Positions 26,608 through 39,325 of a DNA stretch of 61,470 bases are shown one piece after another. A program made the position numbers and the translations under genes. Source of the stretch: Octopus sinensis (Eukaryota); contig NW_021837033.1 in assembly GCF_006345805.1 (NCBI RefSeq), positions 1-61,470 on the forward strand. Direction: 5' to 3'. The notes below the pieces were generated by a model. It was not told where the DNA came from and ran no database searches. It worked only from the letters and a program-made list of their open reading frames with translations. Each line of letters begins with the position of its first letter. The stretch's first letter is position 1.

Positions 26608-26805
26608 ACAGGCACAAGGCCTGAAATTTGGGGGAGGGGGATAGTCGATTACATTGTTCCCAATGTGGTAAGTGGTACTTATCTAATCGACCCCGAAAAG
26701 ATGAAGGGCAAAGTCGACCTCGGCGGAATTTGAACTCAGAACGTAAGGACGGGCGAAATGCCGCTAAGCACTTTGCCCGGCGTGCAAACTACCAGCTCGC
26801 CGCCT
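26608..26805 (-). mobile_element. SINE-A (A2 tail) followed by (AAT)n
   Basis: ggcacaaggcctgaaatttgggggaggggg...ggcaaagtcgacctcggcggaatttgaactcagaacg...ccagctcgccgcct. Confidence 0.88.
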
Positions 26806-26963
26806 CAATAATAATAATAATAATAATATAATAATAATAATAATAATAATACTGTTGATGTGGTTTTATGAATGTTCTGCATAGTCAAAACGACGAAAAT
26901 GAGGGCTTAGAAGGGGAGATAAAGAGTAAGTGCAAGAGGAAGAAGCATAGGAGGAAGAGAAGG

Positions 26964-26973
26964 AAAAACAAAG

Positions 26974-27044
<71 letters not shown>

Positions 27045-27058
27045 GGTGGTGGTGGTGA
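26964..27058. repeat. (AGT)n-(GGT)n microsatellite followed by a purine-rich low-complexity tract to about 27440
   Basis: Direct reading. Confidence 0.9.
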
Positions 27059-29897
27059 TGTTAGAAGACAAAGAAAAAGAAGACCAGCAATAGTAACAAG
27101 AGGCAGAAGGGGAGTAAGGAATAAGAAAAGTAGGACCAAGACTAAGATAATGAAGAAGAACAATAGAAAAGAAATAAGAAAACCGAAGAAGAGGAAAAGT
27201 GAAAGAATTTGCGATAGAAAACGAAAGAAGAAGGAAAAGAGGGAGAAGCAAGAAATAAGAGAAAAAGACGAAAAATAAAAGGAAGGAAAGAGAAAAAGAA
27301 GAGAAAGCGAAGTGAAATGCGTAAAGAAGACGAAGAAAAGGAAAGAAAGGGAGGAAACGAAGGAGAAGAAGGAAACGAAGAAGGAAGGAGGAAGGAAGGA
27401 GATGGAAAAGAAAGATGAAAAAAAATGGAAGAAAGAATCTTTGATACGAGATTAGATACGAGAGAAATTCTTAGAATATTAAGTGATAATTGAATTTTTC
27501 GTTTTACTCTGCGATGCCATTTTTAAATGTTACAGAATTATCTTATGATTGTTAAGACAAAGATTGTTTAATCAAAGGTTACTCTCTCGTTTTATTTATT
27601 TCTCATGGTATTGTTGTGAGAACAACTACAACAACAACAACATCAGAAGCAACAACTACTCAGCGATGAAGTCACTGTGCGGTTGATTGATGTCTTAGAA
27701 ATAGCAGCCATTTTGCTCTGAAGTTGTACCCGGCCATCTTGAAAGTAGAAATAAAGGAAAAGCAACTTTGGTTAGTATCCGGTTTCTCAGATCAGTTTCT
27801 TAAATTTCAGCGCAAAATTCACATCTACAGCAACTACAGCTGTAGTTTCTTACATTGGCAAACAGCGAAATATTTGAGGGAGAGATAAGAGGATTAGTGC
27901 GTGTAGAGTGGGATCGATCCTGAAACCATGCAACAGCAAAGAAAATGTTCTATCTCCATTGAGAGGTCCTTTTCTGAAACTCAAAGTAATTTCATTTCAT
28001 TTAAGAATCAAAAAGATATTAACCGGTACACTCGTTTATGAGACAAGTTCCAACCACGACCATCTCATCTTTTGACATAATCACAACTATATTTCTCCAA
28101 CGTTTCCTTTCATTTTGCTCAAAGAAGTTAGACAGAATTTCGATCAAGTCACGTGATTTCTTCTTCGCCGTTGTTTTCGAGCTGTTCGAAGACCGCGAGC
28201 GACCACGTAGCAAGTCATATTCTGCCCCGTAACGTAATTTCCTTGGCTGGTCAACATTGTCACCATTTGTCACCATTTTAACCAAAGTCGAATGTTTATT
28301 GAATTTTTGTTGAATGTTACAATCGAATAAGCTCCACAAGAAAGTTGTCAGGATCCAAAACTGACACAAGAAACACAAAACACGATGTAAAATATTTTAC
28401 GAGAAACTTTAAGATATATTTAGAATTGTTATGTCTGAAAGCGATCTTAAACAAAGCTGTCAAGCTGTTCTTATATAACAGTATCTAGATTTGAAGAATT
28501 TCTGTTGACGAGGCAGAGAAATTTATCATGTTATAACTGTGTAATAAATTCCTTTAACTGTCATGTTGATATTTTAATATTTTGAAGATGAAAGAATGAA
28601 GATTAAAAGTGTTAACACGAAGTAAAGAAAGAAAAGCGAAAAAGAGAAGACGTTGGGTGAGGAAAATATAAAGTTGATATGAAATATGAATCAATTTTGG
28701 GATTTTAAGATATATATATATATATAAGAATATATATATATATATTATATATATATATACACTGAATTATATAAATATAAATAATATAAGTAAATAAACA
28801 CTGATTTATTGCTTTATGTCTTACAGTATAATACAAGTATTTTATGGAAAATTACTCTGCATTTCTAAAATATATAGAAATTTATTCAGAGACAAGCGCG
28901 CGTGTGTGTGTGTGTGTGTGAGGGAGAGAGAGAGAGATGTATGTGTTTGGCAATGTTTTTAGGGGTGATTTAGTATTTTAGTTTGTTAAATGTTCCAATG
29001 CAATCAACATTGCAGGTATTACATAATAAAACTATCATGGTACTCAACAACCCCTACTATAAAAACTTGAGCTGTGAAATGGCAATCATTTGCTGTAATT
29101 TCAACAGAAATCGCAAGTACAAACTAAATGTTTGGAAATTGTTTCGTTTCGTTACTATATAATAAAATGAGTTCTCGCTCCATGTTTCCAATAAAAATGT
29201 ATCATGACCCAAGCCAGAGTGTATATTGGGTGCATTAGTACGATCTAACCCTTTCTTTTCACTGACAATTACTACAAGACGTATGAAACATTAATGAATG
29301 TGCATAATAATTTTAATTAGATACCTCTTTTAGTATCTACAAGTATAAATGGTATTGTACCTCAATGTATTTAAATATATAACAATGCTTGCATATTTGC
29401 ATAGCTCTACTATGACGAGTATTCGAGCACTTTCGTAGTAAATTCGGTTTTTCTTTTTTTATTCTCTGTATGAAACGAATGAAACCATAGTAGGATGAAA
29501 TTCACCCGGGGCTAGATAATTTTACGGTAAAACAATTCTGATAATAAGCGACATTTGTTGCAACACAAGAGAAGAATTGATTATTGTAACCGTATTCTGA
29601 AAAATGATGATCGTTATTATGTTGCCTAGAGTGTAAACACTGCATAAATAAAATCTCGTGGAGACTCACTCGGCAAATAAACAGACATATCACAACAAAC
29701 CAGGGTTTTATTGCTACTACATTACTTCGTAGACAAGCTGATAGTCCGCAACATGTCAGCGACTCAAAGAAAAACTAACATTGATTATAAAAAAAAATTC
29801 TACTTTTAGTTGCAAGAGAGAAGAAATGAGAAAGAGTGAGAGTTGCGTAAAACCAGTGAAATACAATGTTATAAAGACACCTTTCAAGTAAAGACTA

Positions 29898-30406
29898 CCG
29901 TAAATCCTCGGGTATAATCCGCATTTTCCCCCAAAATTTAAAGGTCAAAATCCCTAGTGCGTATTATACACGAGGTTAAAATGAAAATTATTTTCTAAGC
30001 AATGTTTGAGTCTCTATTGACTCCGGCAATGTTTATTCAGACGCATTTTGTGATGTCGGGCATGAAAATACCTTAAGCTAAGCCTGAAAGCAATGAAGTC
30101 ATAAAAGAATCATCCATAACTTGCAATAAGCAACATTTATTAAACGTTATTACTGTTATTTCTTTATCTTCTGCAAACAAAATGCACAAAAATGCTACAC
30201 GTTTGCATTTATGTTATATATGCAATAATAATAAAGGACGTTACCGTATACAATTTTACAAACCAAGGACTTTATATAGACCTCCTTGACTCAAGGTAGA
30301 GAAGGGGTGCGTATTATACACAAGGTTTAGGTTTTTCAGAGGTACAGCCCCCTAAAAATCCCCTGCGTATTATACTCAAGGGCGGACTATACTCGAGGAT
30401 TTACAG
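29898..30406. mobile_element. MITE of Tc1/mariner-pogo type (509 bp, TA TSD)
   Basis: TA|CCGTAAATCCTCGGGTATAATCC ... GGACTATACTCGAGGATTTACAG|TA. Subterminal repeat gcgtattatac occurs three times. No coding capacity seen. Confidence 0.88.
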
Positions 30407-31522
30407 TATTTCTCTTTCAAAAAAGCTCCTTTTATAGCAAATTGATCATCATCAAGATCCCTTCACAGATACAACTAGTCATTGGGTTACCTCTCAAGAC
30501 GCTTTCATAGTCAGCTGTTACTACTGGTCTCTGTCCTCTGCTTGACGTAGCAGGTTCGCTGTGTTGTCAAACCAGGAATTTTTTCTGTCTCCCCCCTTTG
30601 TAGAAAAGTAACACGCCACAAATATTAAGGAAACGAAATGTGTTGCTTAAAGAAATCAGTTGTGAATCTTTACAAAAAATATATTTACAAGAATATATTT
30701 ACATGTCGAAACACCGGTTCCCAGAATCCCTTGCACCAATGAATCGAGTGTGTTGTGAACACACTGTTGTCGAAAAAGAGAAGAGCTGTTCTCTTATGAC
30801 GCACACCTCAGCAATTAGGATATTTTATGTTCGAATGGGTTGAGATCTCGTTTGTAGAAGTTGTAAATGACGGTTTATGCAAATAACGATTTGGGTAAAT
30901 AACAATTTGCAATGATATTGCAGTTTGATGTTCCCTGGTTTTGGAAAATAAATCGTAAATCGGTATTTTGGGAGGTACTGAAGAAATAAGTGTCATCATG
31001 GATTTGGAAAAGGACAAGAAATTACCATTGACCGACAGAAAAACTATTGGCCATGTGACGTTTCTTATTAAATAGAACGCAACAAGTACACACCTTACCA
31101 ACAAAGAGGGGAAAATAAAATGAAAGTAATGTTTAGAGAGTGCAATACGAGAATGGATGAATACAAATAATCAGCTTCGAATAGAAATTCAAAGTGGCAA
31201 GCAGTAAACTCAGGTGAGTAACTGTCAGAGATTTTTAATCGATACTTTACAGAGGTAGGAGGAGGGGAACATAATCAATAAATGTTAGAGATGTCTCTCA
31301 GGAAGGTAGATAATTGTTCAAATTTAATCAGGATGTTGTGGTTGTGTGGCTGGAAAAATTTCGAAAGACTTGTCAGTGTATTACATCAGAAGTATAGAGC
31401 ATCAATGAGGATAGCCTGGTGACTATCAAAGAACATCTTCAGGAAAAGAAAGACCCAGGAGGGGAACTGATTGTCGGATATTAGTACTAAACGAACACGA
31501 TACACATATACATAAATACATA

Positions 31523-31729
31523 CTCTCTTTTACTCTTTTACTTGTTTCAGTCATTTGACTGCGGCCATGCTGGAGCACCGCCTTTAGTCGAGCAAATCGA
31601 CCCCGGGACTTATTCTTTGTAAGCCCAGTACTTATTCTATCGGTCTTTTGCCGAACCGCTAAGTGAGGGGACGTAAACACACCAGCATCGGTTGTCAAGC
31701 AATGCTAGGGGGACAAACACAGACACCAA

Positions 31730-31768
<39 letters not shown>

Positions 31769-31835
31769 ACAGGCTTCTTTCAGTTTCCGTCTACCAAATC
31801 CACTCACAAGGCATTAGTCGGCCCGGGGCTATAGC
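31523..31835 (-). mobile_element. SINE-B lacking its head
   Basis: cttttacttgtttcagtcatttgactgcggccatgctggagcaccgcc...internal (CA)(TA)...ccaaatccactcacaaggc. Confidence 0.88.
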
Positions 31836-31873
31836 ATACGTAATACATACATACATGCATACATGCATACATA

Positions 31874-31961
<88 letters not shown>

Positions 31962-33248
31962 GCGGCAAATGCAAAATATAAGTTAGTCCTAAAGCGCAAA
32001 ATCTTCCTAAAGGTCAGCAATGGTCTTCTTCGGTCACGAGTGGACGGCCATCATATATATCATTTATGGAACAGTTGGTTAATGACTAAGAAAATACAGA
32101 AGATTAAGCCTATCGGTGTTAATCAATAAAATTCTTAGATTACAGATTTGAATTAATCGAACCGCAGGTACTCCAAACGATTTATTGAGCAACAGAGAAA
32201 GAGACGAGAAACGCTTTCCTTCCTCTTTCGTTTCACCTAATTCATTGGCTTCAGTCATTAGATTACTGTCAAGCTGGATATTATATAACCTGAGGATAAA
32301 GCAGAAATAACAGCCGAATCTCCCTTAAAACATATGACTGTCGTATACAAGGCAAAACGCATTGGACAATGTCATGACCGGAACTCCTGTGGGATAAAGT
32401 ATCAATAGCAGCGAAGTCTCCATTAAATTGAATTGTGCCATCTTAAACAGTAAGGGTGTATAAGATAATGTAGCCCTTGGTATAGAAAAAGACACCAAGT
32501 GGTCACGTCTAGAACGTCTTTAACAATGGGTCGGCTGTATGAGTAATGGAACGATACGCTTTCGTTTCTTGTTTTTCGTTTTCCTCAATGCAAAAGAGGA
32601 GATAATCGCATTGGCCATGTATGATGTTGAATCCGCTGTGAAGGGTTCTGGCCTTTAGCAAGGAGCTTCCCTGACCCAGGTCCCTCGAATTTGGAAAACA
32701 AAGACCCGTACGTCTGATAGAGACAGTCAATTTGTGGACATCACCACCACCACCACCACCACCACAAACACCAACACCACCACAACCATCATTATCATCA
32801 TCATCGTCATCACCGTCATCGTTGTCGTTGTCGTCGGCGGCGTCGTCGTCATTAACAACAATAACAACAACAACAACAACAACAACGAAAACAACTGCAA
32901 CGAAAGCAAAGCTTTTGCTCGTTGCTCTTGTCCGAAATACACCTGTTTCTAAGGCAACGGTGGTCCTTGCAACTAGGCGATGGAACCATCTCTCTGAGAA
33001 AATTACCGTTTTCCGTTCAATTTATTAAACGTTCCACCAAACATCTGGTATCAATTAATTCCATCAGTTGTATTGTTTGGCCATCAGATTCTAAAGACAT
33101 TTCCGCCGCCGCCCTCCCCCACCTCACCCCACCACTAAACCCATTATAGCCTTGTTAGGAGGACGGAATGTAATCAAGTCCTAACATGGATTCTCGCTCG
33201 CATACAAATATTATTAGATGGATGCGTATATATATATATATATAATAT

Positions 33249-33407
<159 letters not shown>

Positions 33408-33671
33408 TGTATATAATATATATATGTATGTATGTGTGTATGTATGTATGTATGTGTGTATGTTTGTATGTGTGTATGTGTGTATGTATTTGCGTATGCA
33501 TGTGAGTGTATGTATTTGTATATGTATGTATGTGTGCGTGTGTTTGTAAGTGTGAGTACGGTTACGTATTTGCGTATATGTGTGTGTGTCCATATATATC
33601 TTTGTGTGACTATGTATGCTGGGTGTATCTGCATAATGTACGTTACTCTTTCCTTGTGTGCATTTGAATGT

Positions 33672-33710
<39 letters not shown>

Positions 33711-33838
33711 TCCAGAAAATACCATAATTTGTCAGGTAGCTCTACTGAAAGCCAAGTTTCCAATCCCAGACATATGTAATTATTACACTTACTCTTATCT
33801 AAATCCCCGTCTTTTTTTTTTCTTTAGCTTGCATACCA

Positions 33839-34165
33839 TTCACTGGTATTTAATTTATCGATCCCGAAAGGATGAAACGCAAAGTCGACCTCGGCAGAAT
33901 TTGAACTCAGAACGTAGCGGCAGACGAAATACCTATTTCTTTACTACCCGCAAGGGGCTAAACACAGAGAAGACAAACAAGGCCAGACAAACGGATTAAG
34001 TCGATTACATCGACCCCAGTGCGTAACTGATACTTATTTAATCGACCCCGATAGGATGGATGGCAAAGTCGACCTCGGCGGAATTTGAACTCAGAACGTA
34101 GCGGCAGACGAAATACCGCTAAGCATTTCGTCCGGCGTGCTAACGTTTCTGCCAGCTCGCCGCCT
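33839..34165 (-). mobile_element. SINE-A1 dimer (second unit incomplete)
   Basis: Junction gacgaaatac|ctatttc at about 33929-33938 is the reverse complement of the junction seen at 8575 and 15331. Confidence 0.88.
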
Positions 34166-34653
34166 TCATCTCCTTCATCTCTCTTCCATCTCCTGCCACA
34201 CCTCACTTCTTCTCAACTTCTTTCCTTGCTGCTATTCACACTATTCCTTTCTCTCTCTCACACACACCGCTCCTCTACGCGCTCATAATAGCATTTAATC
34301 TGACGCACCTCACCTATGGCTTCACATAGTCCATTTGTCCATTTTCGCCCTTACGGACAATCGCACAATTTACCGTATGTAGTATGTGCTTCATACAGAT
34401 ATCGTTTCTGTTCTTGTTTCTTTTATCTGGCTTCGTAATTTACTTCCATAAGTGGTTCGGTTTATCTCCTTTCCTTTGCTTTTCTCCACCTTACAAGTCA
34501 CAATGCAAAACTTTCATTGTAATGTCCTTTTGTCTTTAAATTTTGTCCACCTGTCCGACTCTTTATTCCCGCGTTCTATTCGTGCTATTTCACCTACATG
34601 AATGTATGCATGTGTAAGTATGTTCCCATGTAATTACGGATGCATTTATGCGT

Positions 34654-34816
34654 ACTCTTTGACTCTTTTACTTGTTTGAGTTATTTGATTGCGGTCATGC
34701 TTGAGCACCAGCCTTAGTCGAATAAAATCGACCCCCAGGACGTATTATTTGTAAGCCTAGATATTTTATCGGTCTCTTTTTGCCGAACCGCTAAGTGACG
34801 GGGACGTAGACACAAC
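34654..34816 (-). mobile_element. SINE-B 3' fragment
   Basis: ctcttttacttgtttgag...gccgaaccgctaagtgacggggacgt. Confidence 0.75.
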
Positions 34817-35131
34817 AGAGTACCTCAATGCTGAAACACTGCCACATCCATTAAAATTTCTCTGAGGGCCTTCTCGACATGATTGATGGATGCTATTTCA
34901 GACCTCCGAATTTTGCATGATACGCATCGGAAATAAATAGCCATCCTTTCTTTTGTCTCTATCATTTAGGGAAGTACGAGCACTGCGGCCTTACCACCCT
35001 CAAATTTAATGTTTTTTTTTGTTTTGTGAGTTCACGCGTTTTGTCATCGAGTGATATGACAAACATCTCTCGTGTATTTTTGTTATTGTTTTTGTTGATG
35101 ATGTTGTTGCTGTTGGTGGTGGAATTGTAGT

Positions 35132-35517
35132 GTGGAGGCGCAATGGCCCAGTGGTTACGGCAGCGGACTCGCGGTCATTGGATCGCAGTTTCGATTCCCA
35201 GACCGGGCGTTGTGAGTGTTTATTGAGCGAAAACACCTAAAAGCTCCACGAGGCTCCGACAGGGGATGGTGGTGATCCCTGCTGTACTCTTTCACCACAA
35301 CTTTCTCTCACTGTTACTTCCTGTTTCTGTTGTACCTGTATTTCAAAGGGCCGGCCTTGTCACTCTCTGTGTCACGCTGAATATCCCCGAGAACTACGTT
35401 AAGGGTACACGTGTCTGTGGAGTGCTCAGCCACTTACACGTTAATTTCACGAGCAGGCTGTTCCGTTGATTCGGATCAACCGGAACCCTCATCGTCGTTA
35501 CCGACGGAGTGCTTCCA
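35132..35517 (+). mobile_element. SINE-C, full length, tail type C1, 10-bp TSD
   Basis: tRNA-like head GTGGAGGCGCAATGGCCCAGTGGTT...GGACTCGCGG...GTTTCGATTCCC (A and B boxes, TCG anticodon-like loop). gaattgtagt at 35122-35131 and 35521-35530. Confidence 0.92.
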
Positions 35518-35763
35518 CTAGAATTGTAGTCACTTCCACTGTGGCCACTCTCACCACCACCGTCGCCGTTATTTTACTCCTCTCCACCTTCGATGTTAGC
35601 ATTACTTATTTTTCCGCTAAAATCCGGTGCGTCAAAAAAAAAACACCATCTCTCCTACTACTGTTTCTGCCACCGCTGCTGCTGCTGTTTGCTGTTTCTC
35701 GCGTTGTTGTTGTTGTTGATACCACTACTACTACCGATGCTGCTGTTGATGTTGCTGTTGCTG

Positions 35764-36133
35764 TTGAGCGAGCGGTCTTCGTCCCAGAGCTCGCAAGATG
35801 GGAGACATCCGAAACGTGGTCCCTTGCTATTCGTAAGACCCGCAGAAGAGAAAGCAGGTCAATCCCCGACACCGAGAGCATCGACGGATGGATGAATGCA
35901 CATCCAGGCTCAGCGGTTGCGTAGGAAGTCGGGGACAAGAAACAGGAAGAAAGAGTGAGAGAAAGTTGGAACGAAAGAGTACAACAGGGGTCGCCACCAC
36001 CCCTGCTGAAGCCTCTTGGAGCTTTTTAGGTGTTTTCGCTCAATAAACTCGCACAACGCCCGGTCTGGGAATCGAAACCGCGATCCTCCGACCGCGAGTC
36101 CGCTGCCCGAACCACTGGGCCATTGCGCCTCTA
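35764..36133 (-). mobile_element. SINE-C with a fourth tail type (C4) ending in (CAA/CAG)n
   Basis: Head and core match 35132. After cttcctgtttct the sequence diverges into a tail not seen elsewhere in the window. Confidence 0.85.
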
Positions 36134-36529
36134 CTGCCGCTGTCACTGCTACCAAACCCTCACTTTTCATCTCCCCCTCTCCTATATTGGTGCCAATAAG
36201 GGAGGGAAGGGGGGACCTTCAGCGGTTACTAGAACTGCAGGAGGGGCAGTTTTTTTTCTCCTTAACTCTTTCAAGATGCGCTCCGCATTCTTGCTGAATC
36301 GTAAGCGATGATTACACACCCACCGAACTTATTAGGTGGGCTGTATATAGCCCCGGCCCCCGACGAGGGGCTAAAGAAACACAGAAAAACCAGTGACGTG
36401 TTCCTGGTGCTTCTATTTAACAAGTTGGAACAAATGTCGAAAGAAACAGCGTCAGCAAACTGGTGTAAACAAATGTTTTAGAAACAAACTTACTTGGATC
36501 GTTCGAAGACACGTCCGATGTCAACAATA

Positions 36530-36647
36530 CCAAAAACAACAACAACAACAACAAAACAACAAAACAACAACAACAATAATAATAATAACAATAATAATAT
36601 TAATAATAATAATAATGATGGTGATAATAATAATAATAATAATAATG

Positions 36648-36704
<57 letters not shown>

Positions 36705-36728
36705 GTAATAATAATAATAATAATAGTA

Positions 36729-36760
<32 letters not shown>

Positions 36761-36770
36761 GATAATGAAA
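36530..36770. repeat. (AAC)n-(AAT)n microsatellite
   Basis: Direct reading. Confidence 0.95.
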
Positions 36771-37219
36771 TATTTGGTCGAAGTATAATTTTTTTGTTAA
36801 ATATGATGAAATATTATAACTTGTTATTCCATAAATTAATTTTAATTAAGATCTGTGATCAGTTATAGTTGAATAGAAAGAGAATGAAAGAACACGACAA
36901 ACAAACAAACAAACAAACAAAAAAAATATGGAAGGTATGGAAGGTACGAGAAAGGAAGGAACACAACAACAGGAAAAATGACAAACAAACAAACAAACAA
37001 ACAAGAAGGAAATCAAATTGTTGAAAAGGAAATGTTTGCAAATGTTAAGACTAGAAGGAGGAAAATGGAGCGCATTAAAGATGGCTTAAAAGAGATTTGC
37101 CCAAAGACCTAAGGCGATATTAAACCATCCTTTACTTGAGAATATTTACACATTTCTTCTATTGTTTCGATATTTCTTTACAGCCGACTTCAAAAGCTAA
37201 ACATCTTTTAACTTGCTTG

Positions 37220-37693
37220 CATTCTTCTACTTCTTCTTCTTCGTCTTCTTCTTCTTCTTTTTCTTCGTCTTCTTCTTCTTCTTCTTCTTAGTCTTCTTCT
37301 TCGTCTTCTTCTTCGTCTTCTTCTTCTTCTTCTTCTTCTTCTTCTTCTTCTGCTTCGTCTTCTCCTTCTTCTTTGTCTTCTGCTTCTTCTTCTTCGTCTT
37401 CTCCTTCTTCTTTGTCTTCTTCTTCTTCTTCTTCTTCTTCTTCTTTGTCTTCTTCTTCTTCGTCTTCTTCTTCTTCTTGTCCTTCTTCTTCTTCTTCTTC
37501 TTCTTCTTCTTCTTCTTCTTCTTCTCTTCTTCTTCTTCTTCTTCGTCTTCTCCTTCTTCTTCTTTCCCTTCTTCTTCTTTGTCTTCTTCTTCTTCTTCTT
37601 CTTCTTCGTCTTTTTCTTATTTCTTCTTCTTCTTCTTCTTTTTTCTTTTCCTTTCTTTTTTCTTCTTCATTTTTTTTTCGTACAACAACAACA

Positions 37694-37744
<51 letters not shown>

Positions 37745-37815
37745 GCTGCTGCTGCTACTGTTGTTTAATCATCATCATCATCATCGTCGTCGTCGTCGTC
37801 GTCATCTTCATCATC
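37220..37815. repeat. (TTC)n polypyrimidine tract followed by in-phase (AAC)(TAC)(CAC)(TGC)(ATC)(GTC) runs
   Basis: Direct reading. Confidence 0.95.
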
Positions 37816-38072
37816 ATTCATATTATCGAATATGTAAACAACCGCAAGAAATCCCGCGAGACATTTTGTCCGACGCTCCAACGAGTTTTCCAATCTGCTG
37901 ACCTTGCAATAATGGTCTTTGATTCGGTCACGAGGCGGTCAGTGATTCCAAGAGGAGACAGTTAATCGATTGCATCTATTCCAATACTCGGCTGGCACTT
38001 GATTTTTTTCTTCGGCAGGGAAACGATGAATAACAAAACCCTAGTCGATCTCAGGATTTGAACACAAAACAT

Positions 38073-38073
38073 A

Positions 38074-38105
<32 letters not shown>

Positions 38106-38106
38106 T

Positions 38107-38140
<34 letters not shown>

Positions 38141-38292
38141 GCTGCTACTACTACTACTACTACTACTACTCATAATAATAATAATATTGCTGCTGCTGGT
38201 ACTACTACTACTACTACTAATATAATAATAATAATAATAAAATTAATAATAATAATAATAATGATAATAATAATAATAATAATAATGAAATA

Positions 38293-38352
<60 letters not shown>

Positions 38353-38424
38353 TAATAATAATAATAATAATATAATATACTAATAATGATAATAATAATT
38401 ATAATAATAATATTGCTGCTGCTG

Positions 38425-38500
<76 letters not shown>

Positions 38501-38600
38501 TCAATAATAATAATAATAATACTGGTGCTGCTGCTGCTACTACTATTACTACTACTACTACTACTACTACTGTTACTACTACTACGACTACTGTTACTAC
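38073..38600. repeat. Compound (TAC)n/(AAT)n microsatellite
   Basis: Direct reading. Confidence 0.95.
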
Positions 38601-39278
38601 TGCAGAATGTGTGGGAAGAGGATGGAAAGCGTGACTCACAGTGTTAGTGCTTATGAAAGTCTTGCGCAGAAAGAGTACCAAGTGCAAACACGACAAGGTG
38701 GCCCAAAACCTCCACTGGTTACTCTGCCGTAAGTATGGATATGAGGTTACGGGTGCTTGGTACCAACATACACCGGAAAAGGTAATGGACGAAAAGGGAA
38801 AGCAAAAATCCTCTGGGACTTTGACTTCCAGACAGACAAGGTATTAGAGCACCGAAGGCCTGATATAGTAACCTTTAGGTGGGACAAACAAGGGTGCCTA
38901 ATAATCGACGTGGCAGTGCCAGGAGATCAATAGATCATCATGAAAGAAAGAGGATAGTTTGATAAATATGGTGACCTTAGAATTGAGATCGCTAAGATGT
39001 GGCGGCTACAAGAGTCAAACATAAATGTTATCCCTATTGTCATCGGAGCATTGGGTTCAATATCTCCAAACCTGAAAAAAAAAACCATCTGAAAACCGTA
39101 GAAGTACCTTACAATCTAGATGTATTGTAAAAGTCGGCATCACTTGGAACTGCACGCATATTGCGTTAAGTATTGCCTGTTTGAGGTCCTTGTTGTGACT
39201 TGACAAACAGTACAAACCCCCGATAGACACAATATCTTCAATCAACTGCCTCACGATATTGTATACTGTGTAACGTCT

Positions 39279-39280
<2 letters not shown>
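38601..39280 (+). mobile_element. 5'-truncated, decayed R4/Dong-like LINE (zinc knuckle, RLE, 3' UTR) ending in (AAT)n
   Basis: CRMCGKRMESVTHSVSAY (CCHC remnant)...HDKVAQNLHWLLCRKYG...WYQHTPEKV...ILWDFDFQTDKVLEHRRPDIV...IIDVAVPGD...KYGDLRIEIAKMW...VIPIVIGALG...LGTARILR. Confidence 0.9.

Positions 39281-39325
<45 letters not shown>

Noticed and set aside
35132-35210. Functional tRNA-Arg gene
   Set aside because: The tRNA-like sequence continues into a SINE body, has a TSD, lacks a paired acceptor stem and recurs as a dispersed family.
37213-37965. 250-aa Phe/Ser/Tyr-rich ORF
   Set aside because: Stacked trinucleotide repeats; homopolymeric translation.
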